A stretch of 64,000 bases of DNA from Patescibacteria group bacterium (GCA_041738615.1 JBGSPL010000003.1:114352-178351), one strand, 5' to 3'. Shown: positions 8,836 through 17,425, numbered from the stretch's first letter. The notes: generated from the sequence alone by a model not told the origin. Numbers and translations are program-made.

Positions 8836-9423
8836 CTACTTCTTGATCAGCTGTATCCCCTGCTTTCTAAAGATTAATAGAAAGAGCGTCCCGCAAATCA
8901 AGAATATATATATTGGAAAAGCCGCTACCGTAAATGACCATGTCTTTATGGTTAGTAAAGTGATGGCTGCGCTGACAGCCCCAAAAAAGAACACGTTATA
9001 GCTCTCCGTTTCAGGAAATTTATAGGCCTTGATGAGAATAGGTACACCAGCAAGTAAGTCGGCTAAGATACTCAAAATGATTGCAACATAACCAGTTTTT
9101 GTCAGGAACCAAAGCACTAAAGCAAGCAAGGAAAGGGCACCGCAGGCAATATCAAGCTTTGAGATTTTCCAATAAGCCTTCGGGTCATGGAAGGAAACCA
9201 GAAAAACTACAGCTGGCCCAAAACCAACCATGAAGGTCATGAGCGAACGAAGACCAACGCCGCCGCTAATCTGGGCTGAAAAGGCGATTAACGGAGCTAG
9301 AGCCCAAAGGAAGAAAGTGACCCGGTTCGGCTGGGTCTTACCTCGAAAAGTATCTATAGCATAGCTGCTGCTTCCAACGAGATTTAATAGTGCCCCAAGT
9401 AAAACAAAATTTTCATTTAACAT
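8836..9423 (-). CDS. Hypothetical polytopic membrane protein
   Basis: 195 aa, ~6 TM segments. Confidence 0.5.
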   Translation of the reverse strand: MLNENFVLLGALLNLVGSSSYAIDTFRGKTQPNRVTFFLWALAPLIAFSAQISGGVGLRSLMTFMVGFGPAVVFLVSFHDPKAYWKISKLDIACGALSLLALVLWFLTKTGYVAIILSILADLLAGVPILIKAYKFPETESYNVFFFGAVSAAITLLTIKTWSFTVAAFPIYIFLICGTLFLLIFRKQGIQLIKK

Positions 9424-9468
9424 ACGTTTCTCCTTCCTATAAAATATACGCTAAATCCTATACAAAAA

Positions 9469-9506
9469 CAAAAATGAGGCATCCAACAAGTTGGAAACCT
9501 CATTTT
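9469..9506 (-). terminator. Hairpin AAAAATGAGGcatccaacaagttggaaaCCTCATTTTT following tRNA-fMet
   Basis: 10-bp stem flanked by A5/T5; reverse complement copy at 10319-10358. Confidence 0.55.
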
Positions 9507-9581
9507 TGGTAGCGGGGGTAGGATTCGAACCCACGACCTTCGGGTTATGAGCCCGACGAGCTGCCACTGCTCCACCCCGCG
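9507..9581 (-). tRNA. Initiator tRNA-fMet (CAT)
   Basis: CGCGGGGTGGAGCAG...TCGGGCTCATAACCCGA (three G:C pairs in anticodon stem)...GGTTCGAATCC...ACCA; closely resembles canonical bacterial initiator tRNA. Confidence 0.85.
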
Positions 9582-9632
9582 TTATTAACAAACATAATTT
9601 TAGCAGTATTTGTGCTTAAAGTCAAGGCTGGA

Positions 9633-10028
9633 CTAGCCCTTAAAGAAGAACTTCAACCATTTCTCGGGACCAGAAAGCTTGTCATAAGGATCTTTTTCAG
9701 CCACTTTCTTGGTATCTTCTGGCAAGATAACTATCACCTTTTCACCTGGTTTCTGCAAACCCAGACGTTCTCTTGCTATCCGTTCCTGATAAGACGAGCT
9801 CTGGTAGTAGATGATCTTCTCAGAGAGGTCCTTATTTGCAAGCCTCATGGTCTCAATTTCGTTTTTGAGGCCATTGATCTCTTGTCTCACCTGATAGCTC
9901 TGGTAAAGGGTCTTCCCGACAACAAACAGTAAGTAAAGAATGGAGACGACTATAACGATGCGAATGAGGAAGTTATCTTTGTTCATATCTACATTATAGC
10001 AAGCAAGTATCTCGTTGACTATAAGCAC
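9633..10028 (-). CDS. FtsB/DivIC-like septum formation initiator (single TM + coiled coil); start uncertain (GTG 10028 or ATG 9986)
   Basis: TM helix then coiled coil QEINGLKNEIETMRLANKDLSEKIIYYQ... Confidence 0.5.
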   Translation of the reverse strand: MLIVNEILACYNVDMNKDNFLIRIVIVVSILYLLFVVGKTLYQSYQVRQEINGLKNEIETMRLANKDLSEKIIYYQSSSYQERIARERLGLQKPGEKVIVILPEDTKKVAEKDPYDKLSGPEKWLKFFFKG

Positions 10029-10139
10029 GATTTTCGGTATAATACCTATGTTTCAAAGTTTTCTCGACACGTTTAAGATTACCAGAAACGGCAACGGGCC
10101 GCTAAGTTTTAGCGGCTAAAAAAATCCCATATTTCATCG

Positions 10140-10215
10140 GGGCCTGTAGCTCAGTTGGTAGAGCAATTGCCTTTTAAGCAACTGGTCGCGCGTTCGAGTC
10201 GCGCCGGGCCCACCA
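10140..10215 (+). tRNA. tRNA-Lys (TTT)
   Basis: GGGCCTGTAGCTCAGTTGGTAGAGC...anticodon loop CTTTTAA...GTTCGAGTC...CCA. Confidence 0.85.
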
Positions 10216-10243
10216 GATATTTATTCCGATTCGTTCATGACGT

Positions 10244-10318
10244 GGCTGCGTAGCTCAGGGGTAGAGCAGCAGACTCATAAGCTGTTGGTCGGTGGTTCAA
10301 ATCCACCCGCAGCCACCA
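10244..10318 (+). tRNA. tRNA-Met (CAT), elongator-type
   Basis: GGCTGCGTAGCTCAGGGGTAGAGC...anticodon loop CTCATAA...GGTTCAAATCC...CCA. Confidence 0.85.
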
Positions 10319-10358
10319 AAAATGAGGTTTCCAACTTGTTGGATGCCTCATTTTTGTT
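10319..10358 (+). terminator. Hairpin terminator after tRNA-Met; inverted copy of the 9469-9506 element
   Basis: AAAAATGAGGtttccaacttgttggatgCCTCATTTTT. Confidence 0.55.
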
Positions 10359-10367
10359 TAGAAAATG

Positions 10368-10862
10368 TTATCTCCGAAACTTATTCCAAAGAGTGATTGT
10401 AGTCAGCATCACGATTGGCGCGAGAAGCCAGAGTAGCTGATAGTTTGAAACCTGTATCGCCAGCGAACTGTCGCTAAAAAGTAATGCCTTCTCTTCATCG
10501 CCCATCAGTGTAAACACACTCGATAAGAGCAAACCGGCAGCCAAAACACCGTAAATGGCTGTTTGTATCGATTTTGAACCGCCATCGTTGCCACCGCTCA
10601 GCTCTTTGTTCATCATTAGAACAAAAAGGACAGTGACAAAAACAAAAACCTTGGCGCCAAACATTGTGAGGTTGAATGAATGGGAAATATCGGTAATTTT
10701 AGTCAAATACTGATAAGCGTAGCTACCCACATGGCTAGATACAGTGAGGGCAACATAGGAGTTTATGATAATGCTGAGCACTCGACTCCGCCCTAGGAGG
10801 AAGCCATAAACGCCCATTATTACGAATGTGAGGACTATGAAAAGATCCCAAGATAGGGTCAT
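10368..10862 (-). CDS. CvpA-like small membrane protein
   Basis: 164 aa, 4 TM, Gly-rich loop. Confidence 0.4.
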   Translation of the reverse strand: MTLSWDLFIVLTFVIMGVYGFLLGRSRVLSIIINSYVALTVSSHVGSYAYQYLTKITDISHSFNLTMFGAKVFVFVTVLFVLMMNKELSGGNDGGSKSIQTAIYGVLAAGLLLSSVFTLMGDEEKALLFSDSSLAIQVSNYQLLWLLAPIVMLTTITLWNKFRR

Positions 10863-10963
10863 AGTGTTCCTTATGTTAGCACTTCACCTAGTATAGCGCC
10901 TGACTGTATCTGTGGTCAAATATGCAAAGGGACGAGCGCCCGATGCATTTACTTTGCATCGGA

Positions 10964-11683
10964 CTACTCGTCCATGTATCCCTTCTTGGGGATTGTCGCC
11001 TCGTCATAGGGCATCCACCGATTGCCACCATGTGACTTCGCGAAGTACATCGCTCCATCGGCTGCCATTATGAGGCCCTCGACAGTGCTTACGCCCGGCT
11101 GACCGAGGCAGGAAATTCCGATTGAGGCGGTAATCGGGATTTTATGGTCAGCAAACGCCATTTCCACGAGAATCCGATACCTCTCAGCAGCCTTCTTTGC
11201 CGTCTCCATATCCGTGCCCAGAAGTACGATTACAAACTCATCGCCTCCCAGACGCGTCACGGTTTCTTCTGTACGAGAAGACCCCCGCAGGAAACTGGCC
11301 ACTTCCTTGAGGTAAACGTCCCCGCCTTGATGTCCTAGGGTGTCATTGACCTCCTTGAAATGGTCTATATCGACGAACAAGACCGAGAGCCTCTCCTTGG
11401 ACCTGTTCGCTCGAGAGACTTCCTTTTCGAGAAGCGTTTCGAGCCCGACACGGTTCGTGAGTCTAGTCAACGGATCTAGATGGAGCTCCAGCTCTAGATA
11501 GGCAACTTGTCCCTCACTGCACTGCAGCTTCTGAGAAAGACGCACCAACGCCACTGCCAGGATAGCCACGAAGGCCGCCAAGACAGTGATACCCACAAGT
11601 AGCACTTGCTCCAACATTGTCTTCAGCCTCCCTCCGGCTGTACTTGTCCCGTTTTTCGGGAACACAGACATATTGCAACACAA
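10964..11683 (-). CDS. GGDEF-domain diguanylate cyclase with N-terminal TM/coiled coil
   Basis: RLGGDEFVIV (GGDEF motif), LFVDIDHFKEVND. Confidence 0.8.
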   Translation of the reverse strand: MCCNMSVFPKNGTSTAGGRLKTMLEQVLLVGITVLAAFVAILAVALVRLSQKLQCSEGQVAYLELELHLDPLTRLTNRVGLETLLEKEVSRANRSKERLSVLFVDIDHFKEVNDTLGHQGGDVYLKEVASFLRGSSRTEETVTRLGGDEFVIVLLGTDMETAKKAAERYRILVEMAFADHKIPITASIGISCLGQPGVSTVEGLIMAADGAMYFAKSHGGNRWMPYDEATIPKKGYMDE

Positions 11684-11726
11684 AGAGTCTCTATCCCTGA
11701 AAACATATTAATATACCACAATATGG

Positions 11727-12296
11727 CTAACTTGTCGAGATGAATACCTGCTCGGCTGCGGCCGAGAAGTCCATATCCGTTGTATCGATAATTACTTTAT
11801 TAAAAGAGGTTTTATGGAAAAAGTCTTGGAACCACTGCTGCTGGTCCACATAATATTTTATGATTTCGTCTCGGTTTGTGCCCTTTTTCCACACAAACTC
11901 TGCCCAGGAAGCGTCACGGTGTTTCAACGATTCAAAAATACGGGCTTCGATGCGCTCAGTTTGCACCTCGAGCATCACAAAGGTAGGATTCAGTGCGCTC
12001 AGAGCCTCCCGCACCATATCAAATTCCTTCTCTTCGCATTCGGTCCGAAATATGTGAGAAAAATATAATCTGTCAAAAAGCACGACGTCAGGATTCTCAG
12101 TGACCGCCCTATCCACAACATCCAGGCACCGCGACACATTCGCATCTACCGACCAATTCTCGATTATCGGCATCAGAGTTTGGTTTTCATCGATAACAAG
12201 TACGGACTTACCGAGAGCCCGATATTTTTCGGCCAATAACCTTGTGATTGTCGTCTTGCCACTTGTGGCTATGCCTTCAAAAATGATAACTTTCAT
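11727..12296 (-). CDS. P-loop NTPase/kinase family protein
   Basis: 189 aa; Walker A GIATSGKTT at N-terminus. Confidence 0.55.
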   Translation of the reverse strand: MKVIIFEGIATSGKTTITRLLAEKYRALGKSVLVIDENQTLMPIIENWSVDANVSRCLDVVDRAVTENPDVVLFDRLYFSHIFRTECEEKEFDMVREALSALNPTFVMLEVQTERIEARIFESLKHRDASWAEFVWKKGTNRDEIIKYYVDQQQWFQDFFHKTSFNKVIIDTTDMDFSAAAEQVFISTS

Positions 12297-12354
12297 AGTG
12301 ACTGATTATAGCACAAAAAAGGCCTTGCTTTCGCAAGGCCCACATAAATTATGT

Positions 12355-12627
12355 CTAATTAGATAATTTGAGATCTTCTGGTACTGCTCGCTGCGCAATC
12401 GAAATGGAAAGGAACTCGGAAAGAATTCCACGAAGTCTGTTGGTCTCTTCACTATTCCTCGCTATCTCATCGGTCGATATATTTGCGAATAGTTTATCTA
12501 GTTTCAACATGTCACCCTTAAGCTTTGCTTCTTTGGCCTCTAGGCTCACCTCTGATGATTCTTGTTGTATTGGCAAGGAGCCATCCCAAGATTCTGGGGC
12601 TCTCTCTGTTCTCATACCCTCTGTCAT
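12355..12627 (-). CDS. Hypothetical protein
   Basis: 90 aa acidic coiled-coil-like ORF. Confidence 0.4.
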   Translation of the reverse strand: MTEGMRTERAPESWDGSLPIQQESSEVSLEAKEAKLKGDMLKLDKLFANISTDEIARNSEETNRLRGILSEFLSISIAQRAVPEDLKLSN

Positions 12628-12887
12628 TTCACTTCTCCACTCAGTACGTCATTTACGCTATCTAGGGTCTTTTTATCTAAATACCTAGTAATCTCTACGT
12701 TGCATTCGCTCACTAGCTTCGCCAAGGCATCTATGTCATTACCAACTACCTGCGCAAGCTTCTTGGCATCATTAATGATCTCTTCTGCTACCTCTGGGTA
12801 CTCGTGCTCCAGGGTGCGAATGATTTTGTACAAATTATCGAATGGCATCACGTTCGTATCGGTCATATTTCCTCTTTCTGGGTACAT
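12624..12887 (-). CDS. Hypothetical protein
   Basis: 87 aa; 4-nt overlap with downstream ORF. Confidence 0.45.
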   Translation of the reverse strand: MYPERGNMTDTNVMPFDNLYKIIRTLEHEYPEVAEEIINDAKKLAQVVGNDIDALAKLVSECNVEITRYLDKKTLDSVNDVLSGEVK

Positions 12888-12913
12888 TATATACCAAGCT
12901 ATAAATATCGTAA

Positions 12914-12983
12914 AACGCGAAAGGACCGGAGTCCCAGCTCGCGTTGCACCGAAGTGCTAGCGAACCGGAACCCGGTCCTCGTT
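12914..12983 (-). repeat. 70-nt structured repeat element copy 1 (terminator-like, 3' of island D gene D1); identical to 13754-13823
   Basis: 100% identical 70 nt; on minus strand forms GGACCGG...CCGGTCC outer stem with inner GCAC-UUCG-GUGC hairpin, followed by TTTCGCGTTTTA. Confidence 0.8.
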
Positions 12984-13025
12984 GTGCTTTTACCCTTGCG
13001 GGTCAGGCTGCACGCCTGTGTGGAG

Positions 13026-13568
13026 CTAGAAGCTCTTGAGCTTCTTCTGGAGATCTTTGATTGCGTTGAGGGTCTCCGTGTCCTCGCCCTCGTTGTCGCC
13101 GATGTTCTCGGCGCTGACAACGTACTTGGCCAAACGGTTGATACGTGTCTCGATGGCTTTGCGGGGAAGGTCCCGCCCTTCGACCATGTCGTAGAGCATC
13201 GGGATGACGTTGTCACCGAGATTGCCGTACGCGTAGCCTTGGGCATCCTTGCCCGTGAGACGATCTTCGTAATCCTTCATGGCGTCGTCGAAGTTCACGA
13301 GCAATTGCTTCGGGTTGGCTACCAAGTTCAACTGGTAGAGCTGGTCGTCCTGCTTGACGATCTCCTCCTGGAGAGCGTCGGCGCGCTCGGACTGGGCGTC
13401 GAGTTGCTCCTGAACGGACTTGTACTCGGCCTGGAGCTTCGCGAGTTCCTTACCCTGCTGGATAGCGACCTGGGCCGTCGTCTCGCTCTTGGCCTGCATC
13501 TTGAAAGCAGTGCCGAAGGCGAGTACGAGCAATGCACAGACAACTATCAACGCAAAGATCTTCCTCAT
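13026..13568 (-). CDS. Island D gene D1: secreted coiled-coil hypothetical protein (180 aa from MRKIF)
   Basis: GC-rich; signal peptide MRKIFALIVVCALLVLAFG; RBS GAGAGGGGA 7 nt before ATG. Confidence 0.5.
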   Translation of the reverse strand: MRKIFALIVVCALLVLAFGTAFKMQAKSETTAQVAIQQGKELAKLQAEYKSVQEQLDAQSERADALQEEIVKQDDQLYQLNLVANPKQLLVNFDDAMKDYEDRLTGKDAQGYAYGNLGDNVIPMLYDMVEGRDLPRKAIETRINRLAKYVVSAENIGDNEGEDTETLNAIKDLQKKLKSF

Positions 13569-13709
13569 TTGAGATCCCCTCTCATCGAGCCCCATCGGGG
13601 CCTATTCCACTTGTTTTCGCCGGCGGCGACAGCTGATCACGATGTTCGTGAGCAATTGTCGCCGTGGCGATAGATTCAAGGTGCAATTCTTGATTTCTCA
13701 AGACAGACT

Positions 13710-13737
13710 ATATTAACATACTTGTTTGTTTTGTCAA
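13710..13737 (-). promoter_or_regulatory. sigma70-like promoter TTGACA-N16-TAATAT for D1
   Basis: Perfect -35 hexamer on minus strand in AT-rich linker. Confidence 0.5.
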
Positions 13738-13753
13738 GTGTTTTCTACGCTAT

Positions 13754-13823
13754 AACGCGAAAGGACCGGAGTCCCAGCTCGCGTTGCACCGAAGTGCTAG
13801 CGAACCGGAACCCGGTCCTCGTT
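13754..13823 (-). repeat. 70-nt structured repeat element copy 2 (3' of island D gene D2)
   Basis: Identical to 12914-12983; about 25 nt downstream of D2 stop. Confidence 0.8.
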
Positions 13824-13846
13824 TGTGGTCGCACTCTTGCGACCTG

Positions 13847-14155
13847 CTACCCCCGCTGGAAACCCTGGAAGACGTCCTGAAGCGGACCAGGCACGTTCTG
13901 CAACGAACCGCCTGCGCGGCAGAACTTGGCAGCGTAGTTCGTGACGGTCTCGACGTCGTTGACGTCGCAATCCAGAGGAACACTGCCGATGGTGTCAAGG
14001 TTGCGCTCGAGCTGCTCAAAGGCAACATTCACCGGAATTCCGCCGTGCGGGACGTACTGGAAGCCGTTCTCGGTCATGATCTTGAAGACCGCGCCCATAA
14101 GGGCAAGAACCTTCAACTCATGACGTTCCGTGCCAACCTGCTGATCGCGTGCCAT
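13847..14155 (-). CDS. Island D gene D2 hypothetical protein (102 aa from MARDQQ)
   Basis: GC-rich; AAGGAG RBS 7 nt before ATG 14155. Confidence 0.45.
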   Translation of the reverse strand: MARDQQVGTERHELKVLALMGAVFKIMTENGFQYVPHGGIPVNVAFEQLERNLDTIGSVPLDCDVNDVETVTNYAAKFCRAGGSLQNVPGPLQDVFQGFQRG

Positions 14156-14171
14156 TGTTCGCTCCTTCGTG

Positions 14172-14489
14172 TTAGAGTGTCGCCTCGAGGGCGGCGCGTA
14201 CCTGATAGAGCTTCTTCTGGTTGCGCTGGCCGATCGGGCTGTGCGGGTCGATAACGAAAACCGACTTGACCACCTTGACGATCGGGCTGTCCGCTGAACC
14301 GGCATGGACCTTGGCCGTGAACTTCACGACTTCGGACTTGGCCGGTGCGGCCACGACATCAGGCAACTTCGGGAGATGACCCCGGTTGCTGCCCTTGACG
14401 ATCGGCGCCTTGGTGGCACCTCTGCGAGGCGTGTTGCCACGACGTTCGCGAGCACGCTTGACCTTCTTGGACTCGGTAGGCTTTCCCAC
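14172..14489 (-). CDS. Island D gene D3: small basic hypothetical protein (105 aa, GTG start)
   Basis: Lys/Arg-rich N-terminus; RBS GAGGGGAG 6 nt before GTG. Confidence 0.45.
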   Translation of the reverse strand: MGKPTESKKVKRARERRGNTPRRGATKAPIVKGSNRGHLPKLPDVVAAPAKSEVVKFTAKVHAGSADSPIVKVVKSVFVIDPHSPIGQRNQKKLYQVRAALEATL

Positions 14490-14530
14490 GGTAGCTCCCC
14501 TCGTCTTGTCCCTCAGGGACAGCTGACGTA

Positions 14531-14908
14531 CTAGGACGTCTCGTCGATATAGCGAGCGAGCGTCCAGGTGATGGACAGCTCATCGTGCGCCCCATTGTTC
14601 GTGACCTGCTCAACCTTACCGATCTTCCAACCGGCGTTGAGTGAGAACAGGACCGCGAGCTCCTCGTCAGCACGAAGCAAACGACGAACCTCCTGGACGG
14701 TCTTTCCCGAGAGACCCTCACCGGTATTGATCGTAATCGACCGGTAGTAGGGATCTATAATGCTGGTTGCCTGATAGGGGCGCTGATAGCACTCCTTCAT
14801 CCCACAACCAACAGCGACCGCCAGCGCGACGGCTACCCGATCTTTAACGCCGATGTAAATTTCGTCGACGTCACTAACCACGCTTGCAAGCTCGTCCTTA
14901 TCCAACAT
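14531..14908 (-). CDS. Island D gene D4 hypothetical protein (125 aa from MLDKDEL)
   Basis: RBS GAAAGGAAAC; start placed downstream of leader palindrome; ORF track start (14971) lies inside the palindrome. Confidence 0.45.
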   Translation of the reverse strand: MLDKDELASVVSDVDEIYIGVKDRVAVALAVAVGCGMKECYQRPYQATSIIDPYYRSITINTGEGLSGKTVQEVRRLLRADEELAVLFSLNAGWKIGKVEQVTNNGAHDELSITWTLARYIDETS

Positions 14909-14937
14909 GTCTTGTTTCCTTTCGGAATAGTATGGGC

Positions 14938-14989
14938 ATTGTTTACTGCAAACTATAGACACTATGGTCAACAGTTTGCAGTAAACAAT
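14938..14989. promoter_or_regulatory. Perfect 17-bp inverted repeat ATTGTTTACTGCAAACT-N18-AGTTTGCAGTAAACAAT in D4 leader (operator or RNA hairpin)
   Basis: Each arm is itself a near-palindrome (GTTTAC-T-GCAAAC); lies between promoter at 15025-15053 and the RBS. Confidence 0.6.
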
Positions 14990-15024
14990 AAGTAAAGTTA
15001 CATTTCGCTCTCACGAAACGTTAT

Positions 15025-15053
15025 ATTCTAGCATTTATATCATGTTTTGTCAA
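15025..15053 (-). promoter_or_regulatory. sigma70-like promoter TTGACA-N17-TAGAAT for D4-D3-D2 operon
   Basis: Consensus -35, 17-nt spacer, 5/6 -10, AT-rich linker inside GC-rich island. Confidence 0.55.
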
Positions 15054-15132
15054 TACTACATATGCATAGCGGGCAAGCCCGAATGCATGTGGTATGCAAA
15101 CGGACTCGCCCGCGCGGCTAGTAGCTGGACTG

Positions 15133-15702
15133 CTAGTAGTATTCCTTGGCGGCGTCGTTGAAGCCATCCGCCTCGAGACTGTTGATCATCTGATCGTAGT
15201 CCTTGGTGGCGCTGGGCCAGATATCGGACTTCTTGTACCCCGCCTTCTTGAGGACCTTGAGGACCTTGACGAGCTTGTCGTACTTGCGCCACGCCGCTCG
15301 CCCCTCGATGTTTCCAGGGTACCAGTTCATGAAGCGCGCCACGACTGCCCTCCACCGCCACTCGGGGTGCTCCTTGCGTCCCTCGACGATTCGGATGGTC
15401 GCGTCGAGCGCCATCAGGTAGTGCTCGTCCTCGATGGTGACCTCCCCGCCGTTGGCTTCGCTCCACGCCATGTGGTCGAGAAACTGGCTGATCGGCTCCC
15501 CGGGATACCTGCCGTGAGGTTCAGGCATCGGAGGCGGTTCCTCGGAATCTGCTGCTGCCTGAGCGGCATCTACCGCACTCGTTGCTTCAGGCAAGAAACG
15601 TTGAGTGCGATCAATACTCTTGTTGCACGAACGGATGTAGATGGCGACACCCCCAAGCAAAACCAGTACCAAGATGACGACATGAACCGTACGCAACCGC
15701 AT
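15133..15702 (-). CDS. Island D gene D5: membrane-anchored hypothetical protein (189 aa)
   Basis: N-terminal TM; RBS CAGAGGGGTAGG 6 nt before ATG. Confidence 0.5.
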   Translation of the reverse strand: MRLRTVHVVILVLVLLGGVAIYIRSCNKSIDRTQRFLPEATSAVDAAQAAADSEEPPPMPEPHGRYPGEPISQFLDHMAWSEANGGEVTIEDEHYLMALDATIRIVEGRKEHPEWRWRAVVARFMNWYPGNIEGRAAWRKYDKLVKVLKVLKKAGYKKSDIWPSATKDYDQMINSLEADGFNDAAKEYY

Positions 15703-15742
15703 GAGTTACCTACCCCTCTGAGCCGCAGCTCGGTCAAAATTG

Positions 15743-15796
15743 ATTTTCCTCAACACCCAAGGGACGATGAGTCGCCCACTGCGTGCTGAGGAAAAT
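15743..15796 (-). promoter_or_regulatory. Imperfect inverted repeat (TTTTCCTCAAC...GCTGAGGAAAA) in D5 5' leader
   Basis: 11-bp arms with 1 mismatch, 33-nt spacer. Confidence 0.35.
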
Positions 15797-15823
15797 AGGT
15801 ACAAAACATACGTTTAACGTGTG

Positions 15824-15852
15824 ATTATAGGCCTATTTTAGACATTTTTCAA
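15824..15852 (-). promoter_or_regulatory. sigma70-like promoter TTGAAA-N17-TATAAT for D5
   Basis: On minus strand at the island D / dnaJ boundary. Confidence 0.5.
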
Positions 15853-16079
15853 GAGTATTCAATAGAAATACCCTCCCTCCGCGACCTGCAAAATACGACG
15901 CGTAAGGTTCCTCCTTGATTTAGTGATTTCTAGCATTTAACGTTAAGGACTTTAGTAAGCATGACTAGTCGTTGCGAAGGTCCTCAGACCGCCGCATTTA
16001 GAATGTCTTTTTGGATACTTTTGTGACAATGGACAAAAGTATCACGAGCGCCTTACTTTAGTAGGGGCGAAAAAGTATT

Positions 16080-17219
16080 TTAGAACCAGCCTTTTTCGGA
16101 GGCAAACTCCTCGAGAAGTTTCTTTTGCTTGCCCGAAAGCTTCGTCGGAGTTCTCACGATGATAGTAACCAAGTGGTCACCACGCTGCCTACCGTTTATA
16201 TGCGGAACGCCACGCTCTGTAAGCTTAAACACCTTACCGCTCTGCGTCCCTGAAGGAATCTTTAGGGTGACCTTTCCATCGATAGTTTCTACTTCGACAG
16301 TAGTCCCGAGTGCAGCCTCTGGAAATGAAATCTCGGATTCGCTCTCGATGTTATACCCATTACGTTCAAATCGCTTGTCTGCAGCGACCCTCACAATAAG
16401 GTACAGATCCCCTGCAGGAATCCCATACTCTCCCGCTTCTCCCTTGCCTGTGACTCTGATGGTCTGCCCGTTATCTACACCTGCAGGAATTTTCACCTTT
16501 ATCGTTACTTGTTCCTTTAGCCTGCCCTCGCCATGACACTTAGTACACTTTTTCTCTGGAACCTTCCCCTTACCATGGCACTCGGAACAAATAGCGGCCT
16601 GGGCAAAAGTGCCGAATATCGTATGCTGTTCGGTCTGGACCTGACCCTTGCCGTTGCAGGTGGGACAAGTCTTGGTTCCACTACCCGGTTCTGCTCCATC
16701 ACCATGACATCTATCACAACTGTTCATCTTCAGTAAGGTAAAATCCTTCTCGACTCCAAAGACTGCCTCTGTGAAAGAAATTCGCATTTCTGCCTGAATA
16801 TCAGCTCCTTTGCGCGTACGAGAGGAACGTCCACCGCCACCACCGCCAAAGAAGGTCTCGAAGATATCACCAAAACCACTCAGGTCATCCATATTGACGT
16901 TGAATCCGCCTCCGTTAAAACCGCCGCCATACTGCTGATAACCTGCACCAGCACCGGAAGGTCCGTTGCCTGCGCCAAAGGGACCAGAGTGGCCGAATTG
17001 ATCGTACTGCTTACGCTTTTGGGCATCAGAAAGAATCTGGTAGGCTTCGTTCGCCTCCTTGAACTTTTCTTCATCCTCTTTGCTGCCACCCTTGTCCGGA
17101 TGGTACTTCATCGCTGACTTGCGATAAGCCTTTTTGATTTCATCATCGGTCGCTGTTTTGCTGACGCCCAGGATTTCGTAGTAATCACTTTTTCCGGCCA
17201 ATTTATCCTCTTTCGTCAT
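16080..17219 (-). CDS. dnaJ: Molecular chaperone DnaJ
   Basis: J-domain with HPD, Gly/Phe-rich region, four CxxCxGxG zinc motifs. Confidence 0.95.
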   Translation of the reverse strand: MTKEDKLAGKSDYYEILGVSKTATDDEIKKAYRKSAMKYHPDKGGSKEDEEKFKEANEAYQILSDAQKRKQYDQFGHSGPFGAGNGPSGAGAGYQQYGGGFNGGGFNVNMDDLSGFGDIFETFFGGGGGGRSSRTRKGADIQAEMRISFTEAVFGVEKDFTLLKMNSCDRCHGDGAEPGSGTKTCPTCNGKGQVQTEQHTIFGTFAQAAICSECHGKGKVPEKKCTKCHGEGRLKEQVTIKVKIPAGVDNGQTIRVTGKGEAGEYGIPAGDLYLIVRVAADKRFERNGYNIESESEISFPEAALGTTVEVETIDGKVTLKIPSGTQSGKVFKLTERGVPHINGRQRGDHLVTIIVRTPTKLSGKQKKLLEEFASEKGWF

Positions 17220-17425
17220 TCCAGCCTAGGCTGAAATCTATTCCTAATGGTTTAATGCTCTGGTTCCCAGCCTTCGCTGGGATGACGCGGTGAAAGGGGC
17301 TTGCTTATCTAGTCGGCACGGGGGTAAAACCCCGTGCCTCAAGATGGACAAATAGTTTGTTCAATGGTGCCTGATTTACTCCAAAGTAGCAAGAATTTTC
17401 GGCAAATATTTTGTACAATATCCGC

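Noticed and set aside
12804-13673. 289-aa plus-strand ORF spanning island D
   Set aside because: It is antisense to D1, which has a signal peptide, a GAGAGGGG ribosome-binding site and a promoter. It passes through the 70-nt repeat and the promoter linker, and its L/R/V-rich composition is typical of the antisense frame of GC-rich genes.
12914-13823. CRISPR array or integron attC interpretation of the 70-nt repeats
   Set aside because: Only two copies about 840 bp apart, each tied to a gene 3' end. No GTTRRRY / RYYYAAC core sites and no integron integrase nearby. CRISPR is excluded, and the attC-like idea is retained only as a low-probability alternative.
15094-15789. 231-aa plus-strand ORF antisense to D5
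   Set aside because: It has no RBS or promoter and is antisense to an ORF with strong RBS and promoter support. Long open antisense frames are expected in 60%+ GC DNA.
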